From positions 1 through 39,245 of the forward strand of contig JBJKQR010000011.1 in assembly GCA_046735395.1 (NCBI GenBank): 39,245 bases of DNA, read 5' to 3'. This DNA comes from Fidelibacterota bacterium (GTDB taxonomy: Bacteria > Fidelibacterota > Fidelibacteria > Fidelibacterales > DSDE01). The position numbers and the translations under genes were made by a program. Of the stretch, positions 1 to 9,626 are shown in pieces. A model generated the notes under the pieces. The model had not been told where the DNA came from. It saw only the letters and a program-made list of their open reading frames with translations, and did not search any database. Each line of letters opens with the position of its first letter. Positions within the stretch are counted from its first letter, which is position 1.

Positions 1-2
1 TT

Positions 3-353
3 GAAGAATTGCTCGGAAAAGCATTATGGTCAAAAGGATTGAGATATAGAAAAAATAACAAAGAAGTTTTTGGAAAACCTGATTTTACTTTTAAAAAACA
101 CAAAATTGCAATTTTCTGTGACAGCGAATATTTTCATGGGAAAGATTGGGAAATACAAAAACACAGGATAAAAACAAATACCGGGTTTTGGCATAAAAAA
201 ATCGAAAATAATATGAAACGAGACAGACTGGTGAATGATACTTTATTGAAAAGCGGATGGCAGGTGATTCGATTTTGGGGAAAAGAAATTCAAAAAAAAC
301 CTGATCTGTGTGTGTTAAAAGTTGAACAAGCTACCGGGGGCGGATGTTTATGA
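3..353 (+). CDS. vsr: Very-short-patch repair (Vsr) endonuclease, 5'-truncated by the window edge
   Basis: The frame is open from the window start ([18 protein letters not shown]). It shows Vsr hallmarks [19 protein letters not shown], FWxxKIxxNxxRD and GWQVIRFW, and overlaps the downstream C5 MTase. Confidence 0.92.
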   Translation, partial: EELLGKALWSKGLRYRKNNKEVFGKPDFTFKKHKIAIFCDSEYFHGKDWEIQKHRIKTNTGFWHKKIENNMKRDRLVNDTLLKSGWQVIRFWGKEIQKKPDLCVLKVEQATGGGCL

Positions 354-1528
354 TAAAATACTCGGAGTTTAAAGAAAAGATAAATATTGAGCCACTTTTG
401 GACAATGTAAATGAACAGGCTTATGTGACTCATTATCTTCATAATCTGAGCAATGGCGCAACGCAATATTTCGAAGAGCCGGCAATAAACTATCTCACAA
501 AATACGATATTTGCTGGCAGGAAAAATTGAATTTTAATTGGGATATTCCTTTTCCTTCTCCACATAATCCAAAATTTAAATTTATTGACCTTTTTGCCGG
601 AATCGGCGGAATACGATTAGCATATCAAAAAGTTGGCGGGAAATGTGTTTTTTCATCTGAATACAATAAATTTGCTAAAGTAACTTACGAGGCAAATTTT
701 GGTGAAGTTCCTTTTGGAGATATAACTAAAATCAATGAAAAAAGCATTCCGGACCATGATGTTTTATTGGCCGGTTTTCCCTGCCAGCCCTTTTCGATTG
801 CCGGAGTTTCAAAGAAAAACAGTCTTGGTCGTAATCATGGATTTCTGGATGAGACACAGGGAACTTTGTTTTTTGATATTGCCCGAATTATAGATGAAAA
901 AAAACCAAAAGCTTTTATGCTTGAAAATGTTAAAAATTTGGTTGCACATGATAAAGGAAGAACTTTCGAAGTTATATTTAACACTCTTGATAAATTAGGA
1001 TATTCCGTTCATTTCAGAGTGTTAGATGGTCAGCATTTTGTTCCCCAACATCGCGAAAGAATAATTATTGTCGGATTTAACAGACAAATATTTAAGGGAA
1101 ATGAAAATTTTAATTTTCCAATACTTCCAAAACCGAAGAAAATAATTCGTGATATTCTGGAGGAAAATCCGGACACAAAATATACACTATCTGATAAACT
1201 CTGGGATTACTTGCAAAACTATGCAGCAAAACATAAAGCTAAAGGAAACGGATTTGGATTCGGGCTCACTGATTTAGATGGTATCAGCCGCACAATAAGT
1301 GCAAGATATTATAAAGATGGTTCTGAAATACTGATACCACAGGAAGGAATCAATCCAAGACGTCTGACTCCCAGAGAATGTGCAAGATTACAAGGATTTC
1401 CCGATGATTTTATTATTCCTGTTTCAGATAACCAAGCGTATCGTCAATTTGGAAATTCAGTTGTTTCACCCTTAATGCATGCTGTAGCTAAACAAGTAGT
1501 AAAAGTTATAGATAATTTCAATGAATAA
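344..1528 (+). CDS. dcm: DNA (cytosine-5)-methyltransferase, Dcm/M.EcoRII-like (probable CCWGG specificity)
   Basis: C5-MTase motifs: [10 protein letters not shown] (I), GFPCQPFS (IV, catalytic PC), ENVKNL (VI), QHRERI (VIII), [14 protein letters not shown] (IX), QFGNSV (X). The [13 protein letters not shown] segment is Dcm/EcoRII-like. Start may be 344 or 350. Confidence 0.95.
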   Translation: MFMIKYSEFKEKINIEPLLDNVNEQAYVTHYLHNLSNGATQYFEEPAINYLTKYDICWQEKLNFNWDIPFPSPHNPKFKFIDLFAGIGGIRLAYQKVGGKCVFSSEYNKFAKVTYEANFGEVPFGDITKINEKSIPDHDVLLAGFPCQPFSIAGVSKKNSLGRNHGFLDETQGTLFFDIARIIDEKKPKAFMLENVKNLVAHDKGRTFEVIFNTLDKLGYSVHFRVLDGQHFVPQHRERIIIVGFNRQIFKGNENFNFPILPKPKKIIRDILEENPDTKYTLSDKLWDYLQNYAAKHKAKGNGFGFGLTDLDGISRTISARYYKDGSEILIPQEGINPRRLTPRECARLQGFPDDFIIPVSDNQAYRQFGNSVVSPLMHAVAKQVVKVIDNFNE

Positions 1529-2690
1529 TATCCTTTCCTTATCCATCCAGACATGTACAGATAGTCCAATAGCTTTTAGTAAGTTTATCACAGCTAATGA
1601 TACCGGTGCAACCGGTGGTCATCAAGCTGGATTTCATATTCATAAGCATTCATGGGAACTATTTTTTAATGCTCCAGGCGAAAAAGGAAATAACAAGGAT
1701 GTATTTGTTAAGATTAAGTGGCAAAATGATTTTGAAACTGACAGCCGTTTTATTTATTACGGTACAGGAACAAGAAATGAATATCGCCTGACAAGATTTG
1801 GAAAAGGATTTCCATTTCTCGAAGAAGATAATATCGGTGATTTGTTGATTATCGCAAAGAAAGCAGATAATTATTACGAAGCTTTTGTGCTTTCTTCCGA
1901 TGAAGATATTGAGGAATTTTTCAATGCTTTTGGTATTTCATCAACAGAGACAAATGGTATACTTCCCAAAACTACTGAACTAACCGCAGAAGAAAAACTA
2001 CAGCTTTTATTTAACCAGTTTATAGAAAAATTAACGGTTGATTTTCCACCAACAATTGAATTAGCAACCGGAGCAAGAAATATCTTTTTCGAAGCATTCG
2101 GATTAAAGACGGATATTGTATTAAATCGACCTGATAATGAGTTACTAAATTGGATTGCGACAGAATTTGACTTATTTAAAGCGATTGAGAATAACAGATA
2201 TGGAGAAATCATCAGAAATCCATTTCCAACAGTTGACGAATTAATAAAAACAGCAAATACAATTCTTAATCGCAGAAAATCAAGAGCCGGAAAATCATTA
2301 GAACATCATCTTTCAGAAGTGTTCAACATTTGGAAATTATCATATACTTCACAAGCAATAACTGAACAAAATAAAAAACCTGACTTTATTTTCCCAAATA
2401 TTGAGACCTACTTTTCAGAACCTGTTGGAAGTAATAAACTTGTCTTTTTAGGTGCCAAAACTACATGCAAAGACCGTTGGAGACAGATTGTTGGCGAAGC
2501 TGACAGAATTCCACAGAAACACCTTTTTACCTTACAACAAGGAATTTCTGGGAATCAACTTAAAGAAATGAAATCTTCAGGAGTAACTTTAGTTGTACCA
2601 AAGCCTTATTTGACAAGTTTTCCAAAAGATTACAGAGAAGACATCTGGACTTTGGATAAATTTGTAAAATATGTTAAAAGCACACAATAG
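1521..2690 (+). CDS. EcoRII-like type IIE restriction endonuclease
   Basis: N-terminal effector domain ([17 protein letters not shown]...RNEYRLT) and C-terminal catalytic motifs [42 protein letters not shown]. Overlaps the MTase stop by 8 bp. Confidence 0.93.
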   Translation: MNNILSLSIQTCTDSPIAFSKFITANDTGATGGHQAGFHIHKHSWELFFNAPGEKGNNKDVFVKIKWQNDFETDSRFIYYGTGTRNEYRLTRFGKGFPFLEEDNIGDLLIIAKKADNYYEAFVLSSDEDIEEFFNAFGISSTETNGILPKTTELTAEEKLQLLFNQFIEKLTVDFPPTIELATGARNIFFEAFGLKTDIVLNRPDNELLNWIATEFDLFKAIENNRYGEIIRNPFPTVDELIKTANTILNRRKSRAGKSLEHHLSEVFNIWKLSYTSQAITEQNKKPDFIFPNIETYFSEPVGSNKLVFLGAKTTCKDRWRQIVGEADRIPQKHLFTLQQGISGNQLKEMKSSGVTLVVPKPYLTSFPKDYREDIWTLDKFVKYVKSTQ

Positions 2691-2834
2691 CCAGCCCTTC
2701 GCATCAATACACATTGCCAAGTCGCTCAAAAATGCCAACACACAGACCAAAACTTGTCAAAGAATGTGTCTTCCCAAACGCACGACAGACTGTAAAATTG
2801 ACAGTTAACTGATTGAAAATGAACAAAACCCAGC

Positions 2835-2965
2835 CCCTAACACGGTGTATAAAACATTTGGCGGATAGTGCTGATTTTAAGAGGAGTACATTTAATAAAC
2901 ATCATATCAGTTTGATAGGAAATCGCTTCGAAATGCCAAACGTTTCATATCCCCAGCCGTTCGCG
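2835..2965 (+). other. attC-like recombination site (integron-cassette-type hairpin)
   Basis: CCCTAAC at 2835-2841 and GTT at 2959-2961 enclose arms TATAAAACATTTGGC (2848-2862) and GCCAAACGTTTCATA (2935-2949), which are 13/15 complementary. Both mismatches become G:T pairs on the bottom strand. Confidence 0.55.
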
Positions 2966-2989
2966 ACACTAACCAAAACATTTATGTAA

Positions 2990-3394
2990 ATGAGCTTTAT
3001 CGGTGATCAAAACAGGGCCAATCAATGGCAGGATACGTTTTACGAATGTCTGGCTCTTGAATTTTCCGACCCTTCATATTTTAAAGTTCATCATCTGCTG
3101 GTGGTGACGTATCTGCTGCAAACCGATGGATACTCGGCAAATGCATTTGAGAAGGCCACGGGTCTGCTTGAAGAATTCCTCCGGGATAGTCGAAACGCTC
3201 TTGAGCTGACCCGACACGTATTCGGAACGGGGAGTAAGGATAAAATTCTGAATTCGGGTGAGCGGGACTTCATGAAATTCCCCTGGGTCAGGTCTATCCT
3301 GGATGTGCGCACATCGGACTCAGACCTTTATGTATCTGATGTATATTCATGGGCGAGAAGTGTGCTGTCTGTCATCAGACATGAAACAGTGTGA
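2990..3394 (+). CDS. Hypothetical protein, possibly DUF5946-like
   Basis: 134-aa ORF with ATG start. The HHLLVVTYLLQ and VYSWARSV segments resemble DUF5946 from memory; not verified. Confidence 0.55.
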   Translation: MSFIGDQNRANQWQDTFYECLALEFSDPSYFKVHHLLVVTYLLQTDGYSANAFEKATGLLEEFLRDSRNALELTRHVFGTGSKDKILNSGERDFMKFPWVRSILDVRTSDSDLYVSDVYSWARSVLSVIRHETV

Positions 3395-3460
3395 AGCGCT
3401 CACACTGCGTCATGATTTACCGGGAAAGTAGTCCGCAACCGGCCACCGCCGCTATACTTA

Positions 3461-3542
3461 TCAGGCTGAAGCCTTAAATACTGTTTGCATTATTCAGGCT
3501 TTAGCCTTATTTTAATATAAAATTGTTCAGGGTATAGCCTTA
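3461..3542 (+). promoter_or_regulatory. Three palindromic operators (TCAGGCTnnAGCCTTA) with 33-bp period overlapping a sigma70-like promoter
   Basis: TCAGGCTGAAGCCTTA 3461-3476, TCAGGCTTTAGCCTTA 3494-3509, TCAGGGTATAGCCTTA 3527-3542. -35 TTGCAT 3485-3490, 17-bp spacer, -10 TATTTT 3508-3513. Confidence 0.75.
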
Positions 3543-4000
3543 TGAAAACAAACGAATTAATACGACAGCAACTTGATAGAAAGATCGCCCGGTTTCAGGG
3601 CCTGGATCAGGTTGCTCTCCTTCCCCGGGGCTGGATTTATTCAATCCGTCAGGGGATTAATATGTCTCTCCGGCAACTCGGGAAAAAACTATCCATTACG
3701 GCCCAGAGTGTGAAGGAAATCGAAGAGAGGGAAAAGAACGGAACCGTCTCAATCAAGGTTTTAAGACAGGTTGCGGCTGCGCTTGACATGAAATTTGTAT
3801 ATGGTTTCATTCCATCCGACATGACCCTGGAGGGGATGATCGAAAAGAGAGCGGAAGAGCTGGCACGAAGCATTGTAGAGCGAACTTCGGTTCAGATGGA
3901 GCTGGAGAATCAGAAAAACGTACCGGAGAGAATAGAAAATGCGATTAAAGAAAAAACTGCTGAAATAAAGAAGACAGTGCCGAGGATGTTATGGGATTAG
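3542..4000 (+). CDS. Mobile mystery protein A (XRE-type HTH protein)
   Basis: PRGWIYSIRQGINMSLRQLGKKL HTH segment, MxLENQ motif and C-terminal LWD. Coupled to the downstream Fic gene. Confidence 0.85.
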   Translation: MKTNELIRQQLDRKIARFQGLDQVALLPRGWIYSIRQGINMSLRQLGKKLSITAQSVKEIEEREKNGTVSIKVLRQVAAALDMKFVYGFIPSDMTLEGMIEKRAEELARSIVERTSVQMELENQKNVPERIENAIKEKTAEIKKTVPRMLWD

Positions 4001-4587
4001 ATCTGGAATATATTGACGGTCAGACACCCATCGAGGAAGAAGAAAAGGAAGAACTGAAAATAAAAACGATCTCGACCCGTGCCGAACTGGATGAATTTGA
4101 ACAGGCAAATATAGAAAAAGCAATAGAATGGAGTTTAAAAGGAAATCTGTCCTGTGAAAAGATCCTCACCGTAACCTTTATTAAAGAGGTTCACAAGAGA
4201 ATGTTTTCCCAGGTCTGGGCCTGGGCTGGATCATTCCGAAAATCGAATAAGAATATCGGAGTAGAACCGTACCAGATTGAAACGGAATTACTAAAGCTTC
4301 TGGATGATTGTAAATTTTGGATCGATTATAAGAGCTTTTCAGACGATGAAATCGCAATCAGGTTTAAACACAGACTCGTCAAAATACATCCCTTCCCGAA
4401 CGGAAACGGGCGTCATTCGCGTTTATGCGCAGATATTTTGATAAGCAAGGGTTTCGGCAAAGATCTATTTACCTGGGGGCATAAAAATATTACGTACAAA
4501 AGCGACACGAGAACAAGATATCTGCAGGCGATATATGAAGCTGACAGAGAAAATATCAAGCCTCTGATTGAATTCGCAAGGACTTAG
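3991..4587 (+). CDS. Mobile mystery protein B (Fic-domain protein)
   Basis: Intact Fic motif HPFPNGNGRHSR, N-terminal GQTPI...ELDEFEQANI and VWAWAGSFR. 10-bp overlap with protein A. Confidence 0.88.
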   Translation: MGLDLEYIDGQTPIEEEEKEELKIKTISTRAELDEFEQANIEKAIEWSLKGNLSCEKILTVTFIKEVHKRMFSQVWAWAGSFRKSNKNIGVEPYQIETELLKLLDDCKFWIDYKSFSDDEIAIRFKHRLVKIHPFPNGNGRHSRLCADILISKGFGKDLFTWGHKNITYKSDTRTRYLQAIYEADRENIKPLIEFART

Positions 4588-4674
4588 AAAGCAATCGTAG
4601 CATCCACACAGGGACATGAAAATTCACAATTCGGCCATCGTTCCGCGCCGAATATATAAAAAGCAGGAGCTGCC

Positions 4675-5376
4675 ATGACTTCACATCCGAACATGCCCTG
4701 TCCCGTCTGCGGCGGAGTAGATTTTACAGAAAACACGATTATTGACGACCGGCTGGCCGCGGACTGGAAGCTGAGCGTCGCCGACAGGGCGCTGGTGGAC
4801 GAACAGCAGGGCCTGCTCTGCAGCCTCTGCGGATGCAACCTGAGGAGCATGACCCTCGCATCCGGACTGATGGCGGTCATGGGCATTGGCGGCCTCTTTG
4901 CCCGGGCCTGCGCAGACGATGGCGCTCTCGCGCCCTTTGATCTGCTGGAAATCAATGAAGCCGGCCACCTGACACCCTACCTGAAGACGCTGCCCCGCTA
5001 CCGCTTCATCAGCTACCCGGACTATGACCTGCAGAATCTGGCTCTATACGATACCTGCGCGGATGTGGTGATCCACAGTGATACGCTGGAACATGTTCCG
5101 GACGGTGTGGCCGCACTCAGGGAATGCCGCCGTATCCTGAGGCCCGGCGGTGTCCTGGCCTATACCGTTCCCATGCTGCCCGGCCGGCTCACCCTGTCCC
5201 GCGAAGGCCTTCCGGCATCCTATCACGGGGACCCGGAACTTCGCGCTGAAGATTACCGCGTAGTCCGTGAATACGGCGGGGACGCCTGGACAGAATGCAT
5301 GACAGCCGGTTTCCGAACCGTCGCACTTCATTCCTTCCGCTTTCCGTCTTCGGTCGCCATTCTGGCTATCCGGTAG
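4675..5376 (+). CDS. Class I SAM-dependent methyltransferase-like protein with N-terminal CxxC...CxxC
   Basis: CPVC and CSLC pairs; DVVIHSDTLEHVPD...ALRECRRILRPGG is typical of Methyltransf_11-like proteins; AGGAG RBS upstream. Confidence 0.75.
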   Translation: MTSHPNMPCPVCGGVDFTENTIIDDRLAADWKLSVADRALVDEQQGLLCSLCGCNLRSMTLASGLMAVMGIGGLFARACADDGALAPFDLLEINEAGHLTPYLKTLPRYRFISYPDYDLQNLALYDTCADVVIHSDTLEHVPDGVAALRECRRILRPGGVLAYTVPMLPGRLTLSREGLPASYHGDPELRAEDYRVVREYGGDAWTECMTAGFRTVALHSFRFPSSVAILAIR

Positions 5377-5780
5377 AATTGTAGAGTTGTAAAGTAGCAG
5401 AGTTGGCCAGAAACGAGAATTTGCTCTGCTGTGGAATATCGCAGCACGTTCTTGAGGCCTACTCGATTCTCGCTACTCGTTACTCGCTACTGGCGTAGCT
5501 TCAGCGGAGACGGGCTACTCGATACTCGATACTCGTTACTTCTAATGCGTAGACGGGTAGACGAGTAGACAGGGAAGAAACGGAAGCGGTAAAGCGGTAG
5601 AGTTTGGAAGAAACAAGATTTTGCCCTGCTATGGAATATCACCCGGGCTCCTTCCTCTTTCTTCCTGGCTCCTGGCGCCTTGATCCTTATGCCTTTCTTG
5701 CCGCGTCGAAGCTTCAGCAGAAACGGGCTACTCGTTACTCGTTACTCATTACTCGCTACTGCTAATGCGTAGACGGGCTT
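5377..5780 (+). repeat. Intergenic repeat mosaic I (8-mer GTAGACGR and 7-mer TACTCGN tracts, two copies of a 35-bp motif)
   Basis: GTAGACGG-GTAGACGA-GTAGACAG from 5549; TACTCGN runs at ~5460-5540 and ~5729-5760; 35-bp motif copies at 5409-5440 and 5606-5640. Confidence 0.85.
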
Positions 5781-5840
5781 CTCTCTTTCCATCGATAATA
5801 ATTATTCATAAATTAGCCCAACTTGAATCGGAGACCCGCC

Positions 5841-6620
5841 ATGCCGAAGGGCAAAACAGACATAAATCAGGAAACGCGCGACCTGGGGCTGATTCTGTTA
5901 CGGACAGGTTCGCTGCTGCAGAGCAACGGCGCGCACACAGCCCGCATCCGCATGACTCTGGACCGGATTGCAGACTTTTTCGGGCACGAGGCGGATGCCT
6001 TCATCACGCAGCGCGCCCTCACCCTGACGGTCACGGACCCGGAGACGGGGACCAGTTTCAGCAGTGTCCGCCGCGGCTCATCCCCCGGCGTGGATTTTGA
6101 GATCGTCTCGGCCATCAGCCGTATGAGCTGGAGCATTATTGAGGAAAACTGGGACTTGGAAAAGATTGACCGGCGTCTGGACGCCATTGCTGACATGGAC
6201 CGCTTCCCGCGCTGGCTCATCCTGCTGCTGGTGGGCCTGGCCGGCGCCAGTTTCTGCGGGATTCTCGGCGGAAATCTCCCGGCCATCCTGGTGGCGCTGC
6301 TGGCCACGACTCTGGGACTCTTTGTCCGCCAGGAAGCCCATCATCGCCGCTTCAACAGTTATCTCGGCGTCTTTTTCGCCTCCCTCACGGCCACGCTCAC
6401 AGCCGGCCTCTTCCGCCACTTTTTTCCGGAAGGCGGCTTCGAACCGGCCTTTGCCGCCAGCGTGCTCTTTCTCATTCCCGGTGTCCCCTTCATCAACAGT
6501 TTCATGGATCTGCTGGAAGGAAATGTTCTGAACGGTATCCTGAGGGCCGGAAACGGCTTCATCATTTCCTTCATGATCGCTCTGGGCCTCATCTCATCCA
6601 TCGCCATATTCGGGTTCTGA
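5841..6620 (+). CDS. ThrE/YjjP family threonine/serine (amino/organic acid) exporter subunit
   Basis: G..LLQSNGAHTARI N-terminus, multiple TM segments, LIPG motif. ATG at 5841 follows a GGAG RBS; the ORF track extends to TTG 5823. Confidence 0.85.
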   Translation: MPKGKTDINQETRDLGLILLRTGSLLQSNGAHTARIRMTLDRIADFFGHEADAFITQRALTLTVTDPETGTSFSSVRRGSSPGVDFEIVSAISRMSWSIIEENWDLEKIDRRLDAIADMDRFPRWLILLLVGLAGASFCGILGGNLPAILVALLATTLGLFVRQEAHHRRFNSYLGVFFASLTATLTAGLFRHFFPEGGFEPAFAASVLFLIPGVPFINSFMDLLEGNVLNGILRAGNGFIISFMIALGLISSIAIFGF

Positions 6621-6621
6621 C

Positions 6622-7146
6622 ATGGAAACACTCACCGATTTATTCATAAAAAGCGCTTATGCCGGAGTGGCCGCCGTCGGCTTCGGCATTCTCTTCAATG
6701 TTCCGCGGCGAACCATTCTCTATATTTTCAGCCTGGGCTTTCTCGACATGCTGCTGCGTATCGCCTGCGCAAATCAGGGCATCAACCTCATTTTTGCCTC
6801 CTTCTTCGGTTCGGCGGTCATCAGCGTTCTGTCACTGTTCGCGGCGCATGACAAAAAGTCCCCGCCCCTCGTCTTCAGCATTCCCGCCGTCATTCCCATG
6901 GTTCCCGGCCTGTTCACCTACCGCATGATGATCGGTATCATGAGGCTGACGGGAGACGCGGGCCCGAAATTTCTTGATGATCTCACCCTGACCATGAATA
7001 ACGGCCTGAAGGCCTCCTTCATACTCATGGCCCTGGCCGCCGGCGTGAGTACGCCGAATATCCTGCTCCGCCGGGATTCATTTCACAATGTCATCCGCTT
7101 TTCGCAGCTGCGAAAACCCGGACGCAGAAAAAGGACACAAAAATGA
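6622..7146 (+). CDS. ThrE_2/YjjB family exporter small subunit
   Basis: AVGFGILFNVP and IPAVIPMVPG motifs; lies directly after the ThrE gene. Confidence 0.85.
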   Translation: METLTDLFIKSAYAGVAAVGFGILFNVPRRTILYIFSLGFLDMLLRIACANQGINLIFASFFGSAVISVLSLFAAHDKKSPPLVFSIPAVIPMVPGLFTYRMMIGIMRLTGDAGPKFLDDLTLTMNNGLKASFILMALAAGVSTPNILLRRDSFHNVIRFSQLRKPGRRKRTQK

Positions 7147-7913
7147 GACCTTATCTTCTCGCCGAAAGCAACTGGACATCCATGAAGGGCCGGGACATCG
7201 ATCTGGCCATCCTTCCCTGGGGTTCCACCGAAGCGCATAACCTGCATCTGCCCTATTCCTCGGACAGTCTGGAATCGGATATTATCGCCGCCGAAGCCGC
7301 CCGCATCGCCACCGAGGACGGCGCGAAGATCATCGTTCTGCCCACCATCCCCTACGGCGTGAATACAGGCCAGCGGGATATTCTCATGGATATCGGCATC
7401 ATGCCGACCACCCAGCAGGCCATCCTGCGGGATATCATCGACGTTCTGGACCATCAGGGCGTCCGCAAACTTCTTATTCTGAACAGCCACGGCGGAAATA
7501 ATTTCAAACCTATTCTCCGGGAGCTGGGCATCGCCTTTCCCCGCATGTTCCTGTCCCTGACCAACTGGTATGAGCTGCGCAACAAGGGCTCCTGGTTCGA
7601 GCTGGGCGGAGATCATGCCGAGGAAATGGAAACCAGCATCATGCTGCATATGCGGCCTGACCTCGTGCTGCCGAAGGAGCAGTGGGGCAAGGGAAAATCA
7701 CGGGTTCCGAAACTGGAATCCTTCGCCTCCGGCCTGGCCTGGACGGAGCGCCGATGGCCCGATGTCACCGACGATACGGGAATCGGCAACCCGGAACGCG
7801 CCACCCGCGAAAAGGGCGAAGCCTTTTTCACGCACGTAACCCACGCTCTGGCTAAACTCTTCATTGATCTGAGCCGGCAGGATGTGAGCGATTTTTACAG
7901 AGACCAGCCCTGA
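7143..7913 (+). CDS. Creatininase (creatinine amidohydrolase) family protein
   Basis: LPWGSTEAHNLHLP..D, NSHGGN, HAEEMETS and TGIGNP motifs; ATGA overlap with the upstream gene. Confidence 0.88.
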   Translation: MRPYLLAESNWTSMKGRDIDLAILPWGSTEAHNLHLPYSSDSLESDIIAAEAARIATEDGAKIIVLPTIPYGVNTGQRDILMDIGIMPTTQQAILRDIIDVLDHQGVRKLLILNSHGGNNFKPILRELGIAFPRMFLSLTNWYELRNKGSWFELGGDHAEEMETSIMLHMRPDLVLPKEQWGKGKSRVPKLESFASGLAWTERRWPDVTDDTGIGNPERATREKGEAFFTHVTHALAKLFIDLSRQDVSDFYRDQP

Positions 7914-7955
7914 TCAGGCTTTTGAATTAATTATTTATCATTGATACTGAAATAA

Positions 7956-9626
7956 TCAGCTGAAGCGCAGCACACGCCCGGCCAGTTCACCTAGGTGTCT
8001 GCCGCCGTCCACCGTCAGTTTGCCATTGACGATGACCTTGTGGATACCCACCGGAAACTGAGCCGGATTCGTAAAGGTCGCCAGGTCCTGGATGGCTGCC
8101 GGATCGAAAAGAACCAGATCTGCAAAATAGCCTTCCCGGATTTCACCGCGCTGTTTCAGTCCCAGTTTTTTCGCCGGCATGGAGGTCATGCGCCGCAGGG
8201 CCTCAGACAGGCTCAAAAGACCGGCCTTGCGCTGGTATTCGGCCAGATAGCGGGGAAAGGTGCCGTAAAAACGGGGATGAGGTTTTCCCCGGCCCGTCAC
8301 ACCGGCAGGATTGACGGCATTGCCGTCGGATCCGGGCATGACGAGAGGATGGGACAGCACCCGTTTGAGATTGTCCTCATCCATGGCAAATCCCACGATA
8401 CCGGTCTCGTAATCATCACTGATAAGCAGTTTGCGCACCGCGTCGGGGCCATTCAGGCCGAATTCACGGGCATAATCCTGAACGGTCAACCCCTCGAAAC
8501 GGCGATTTTCCTCCTGGCCGGCCCAGGATATCTGTACCCGGTCCCAGCCACCGATATTTTCACCCCGCTCCCTGATATGGGGAAGCATTTTTGCAAAGTC
8601 CGCATCGCTCTTCAGGCGGCCCAGAATATCTTCCTTTTCACCCTGGCGGGCCCAGAGCGGAATAAACGCGGACAGTCCGGTCGAATAGGCAATGTAGGGA
8701 TAGCGGTCGGCAGTGACGGGCAGTCCTTCCGATACCGCTTCCTCCAGCATTTCGAGTATATGGGGAACCTTGTCCCAGTTCTTCTTATTACAGGCCTTGA
8801 GGTGGGAAATTTCCAGGGACACACCGCTTTCACGGGCAATGCGAAGGGATTCCTCGATGGCTTCCTCCACCCGGTCATCCTCGCTGCGCATATGGGTGGT
8901 ATAGAGCCCGCCCTTCGCCGCCACGGCCTTGTTCAGGGCAATCAGCTCCTCGGTGGAAGCATAGGATCCGGGCGCGTATTCCAGGCCGGTTGACAGGCCG
9001 AAGCTTCCCTGTTCCATAGATTTTTCCAGAGCGTAAATCATTTTTTTCATCTGCTCGGGCTGAGCCGGAACATCATTTTTTCCCACACCGAAAGCCCGCA
9101 GGGCACCGTGGCCGGTAAAGGTCACATAATTCAGAGAGCTGCCCTTCTTTTCGATGGCATCCAGAAAGGGCCCCGCCTCGGTCCAGTCGATATTGATTCC
9201 GTACAGTTCCTTATATTCGGCATCCATATCGCTGCGGTCCGCCTCCAGAATCGGAAAGGGAGAAGATCCGCAGTTTCCCGCCACTTCGGTGGTCACACCC
9301 TGCTGAATCTTGCTGTCCGCAGTGGGATCGCCCAGCAGTTCCATATCCGTATGCGTATGAATATCTATGAATCCGGGGCTGAGAACCAGTCCCTCGCCGT
9401 CGATGGTCAGTCCGGCAGAGGCTTTTTTCAGGTTGCCGATGGCGGCAATCCGGTCACCCTTTATTCCCACATCCGCTGATTTCAGCGCCCCGCCCAGGCC
9501 ATCCGCTACCAGCGCATTTTTTATGACAATCTGAAATGAGGGTGATACGCTGCAGCCTACGACCAAACCGGCTCCCCCCAGAACCATGGTTTTATTGAAT
9601 TCCCGTCTCGACAGTTTCCCGGACAT
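7956..9626 (-). CDS. N-acyl-D-amino-acid deacylase (D-aminoacylase) with Tat/lipoprotein signal
   Basis: PGFIDIHTHTD, QGVTTEVAGNCG, GLSTGLEYAPG, HMRSE, HPRFYGTFPR. Likely start ATG 9626 (GGAAGGAG RBS) gives MSGKLSRREFNK...GLVVGC. Confidence 0.9.
   Translation of the reverse strand: MSGKLSRREFNKTMVLGGAGLVVGCSVSPSFQIVIKNALVADGLGGALKSADVGIKGDRIAAIGNLKKASAGLTIDGEGLVLSPGFIDIHTHTDMELLGDPTADSKIQQGVTTEVAGNCGSSPFPILEADRSDMDAEYKELYGINIDWTEAGPFLDAIEKKGSSLNYVTFTGHGALRAFGVGKNDVPAQPEQMKKMIYALEKSMEQGSFGLSTGLEYAPGSYASTEELIALNKAVAAKGGLYTTHMRSEDDRVEEAIEESLRIARESGVSLEISHLKACNKKNWDKVPHILEMLEEAVSEGLPVTADRYPYIAYSTGLSAFIPLWARQGEKEDILGRLKSDADFAKMLPHIRERGENIGGWDRVQISWAGQEENRRFEGLTVQDYAREFGLNGPDAVRKLLISDDYETGIVGFAMDEDNLKRVLSHPLVMPGSDGNAVNPAGVTGRGKPHPRFYGTFPRYLAEYQRKAGLLSLSEALRRMTSMPAKKLGLKQRGEIREGYFADLVLFDPAAIQDLATFTNPAQFPVGIHKVIVNGKLTVDGGRHLGELAGRVLRFS

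Larger units (their letters stand above)
1..4600. mobile_element. Accessory/defence island (right part; the left end lies outside the window)
   Basis: Visibly AT-rich in 1-2990 and intermediate to ~4600, against a GC-richer backbone. Carries an RM system, an attC-like site and an XRE/Fic pair. No integrase or exact boundary was seen. Confidence 0.6.
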
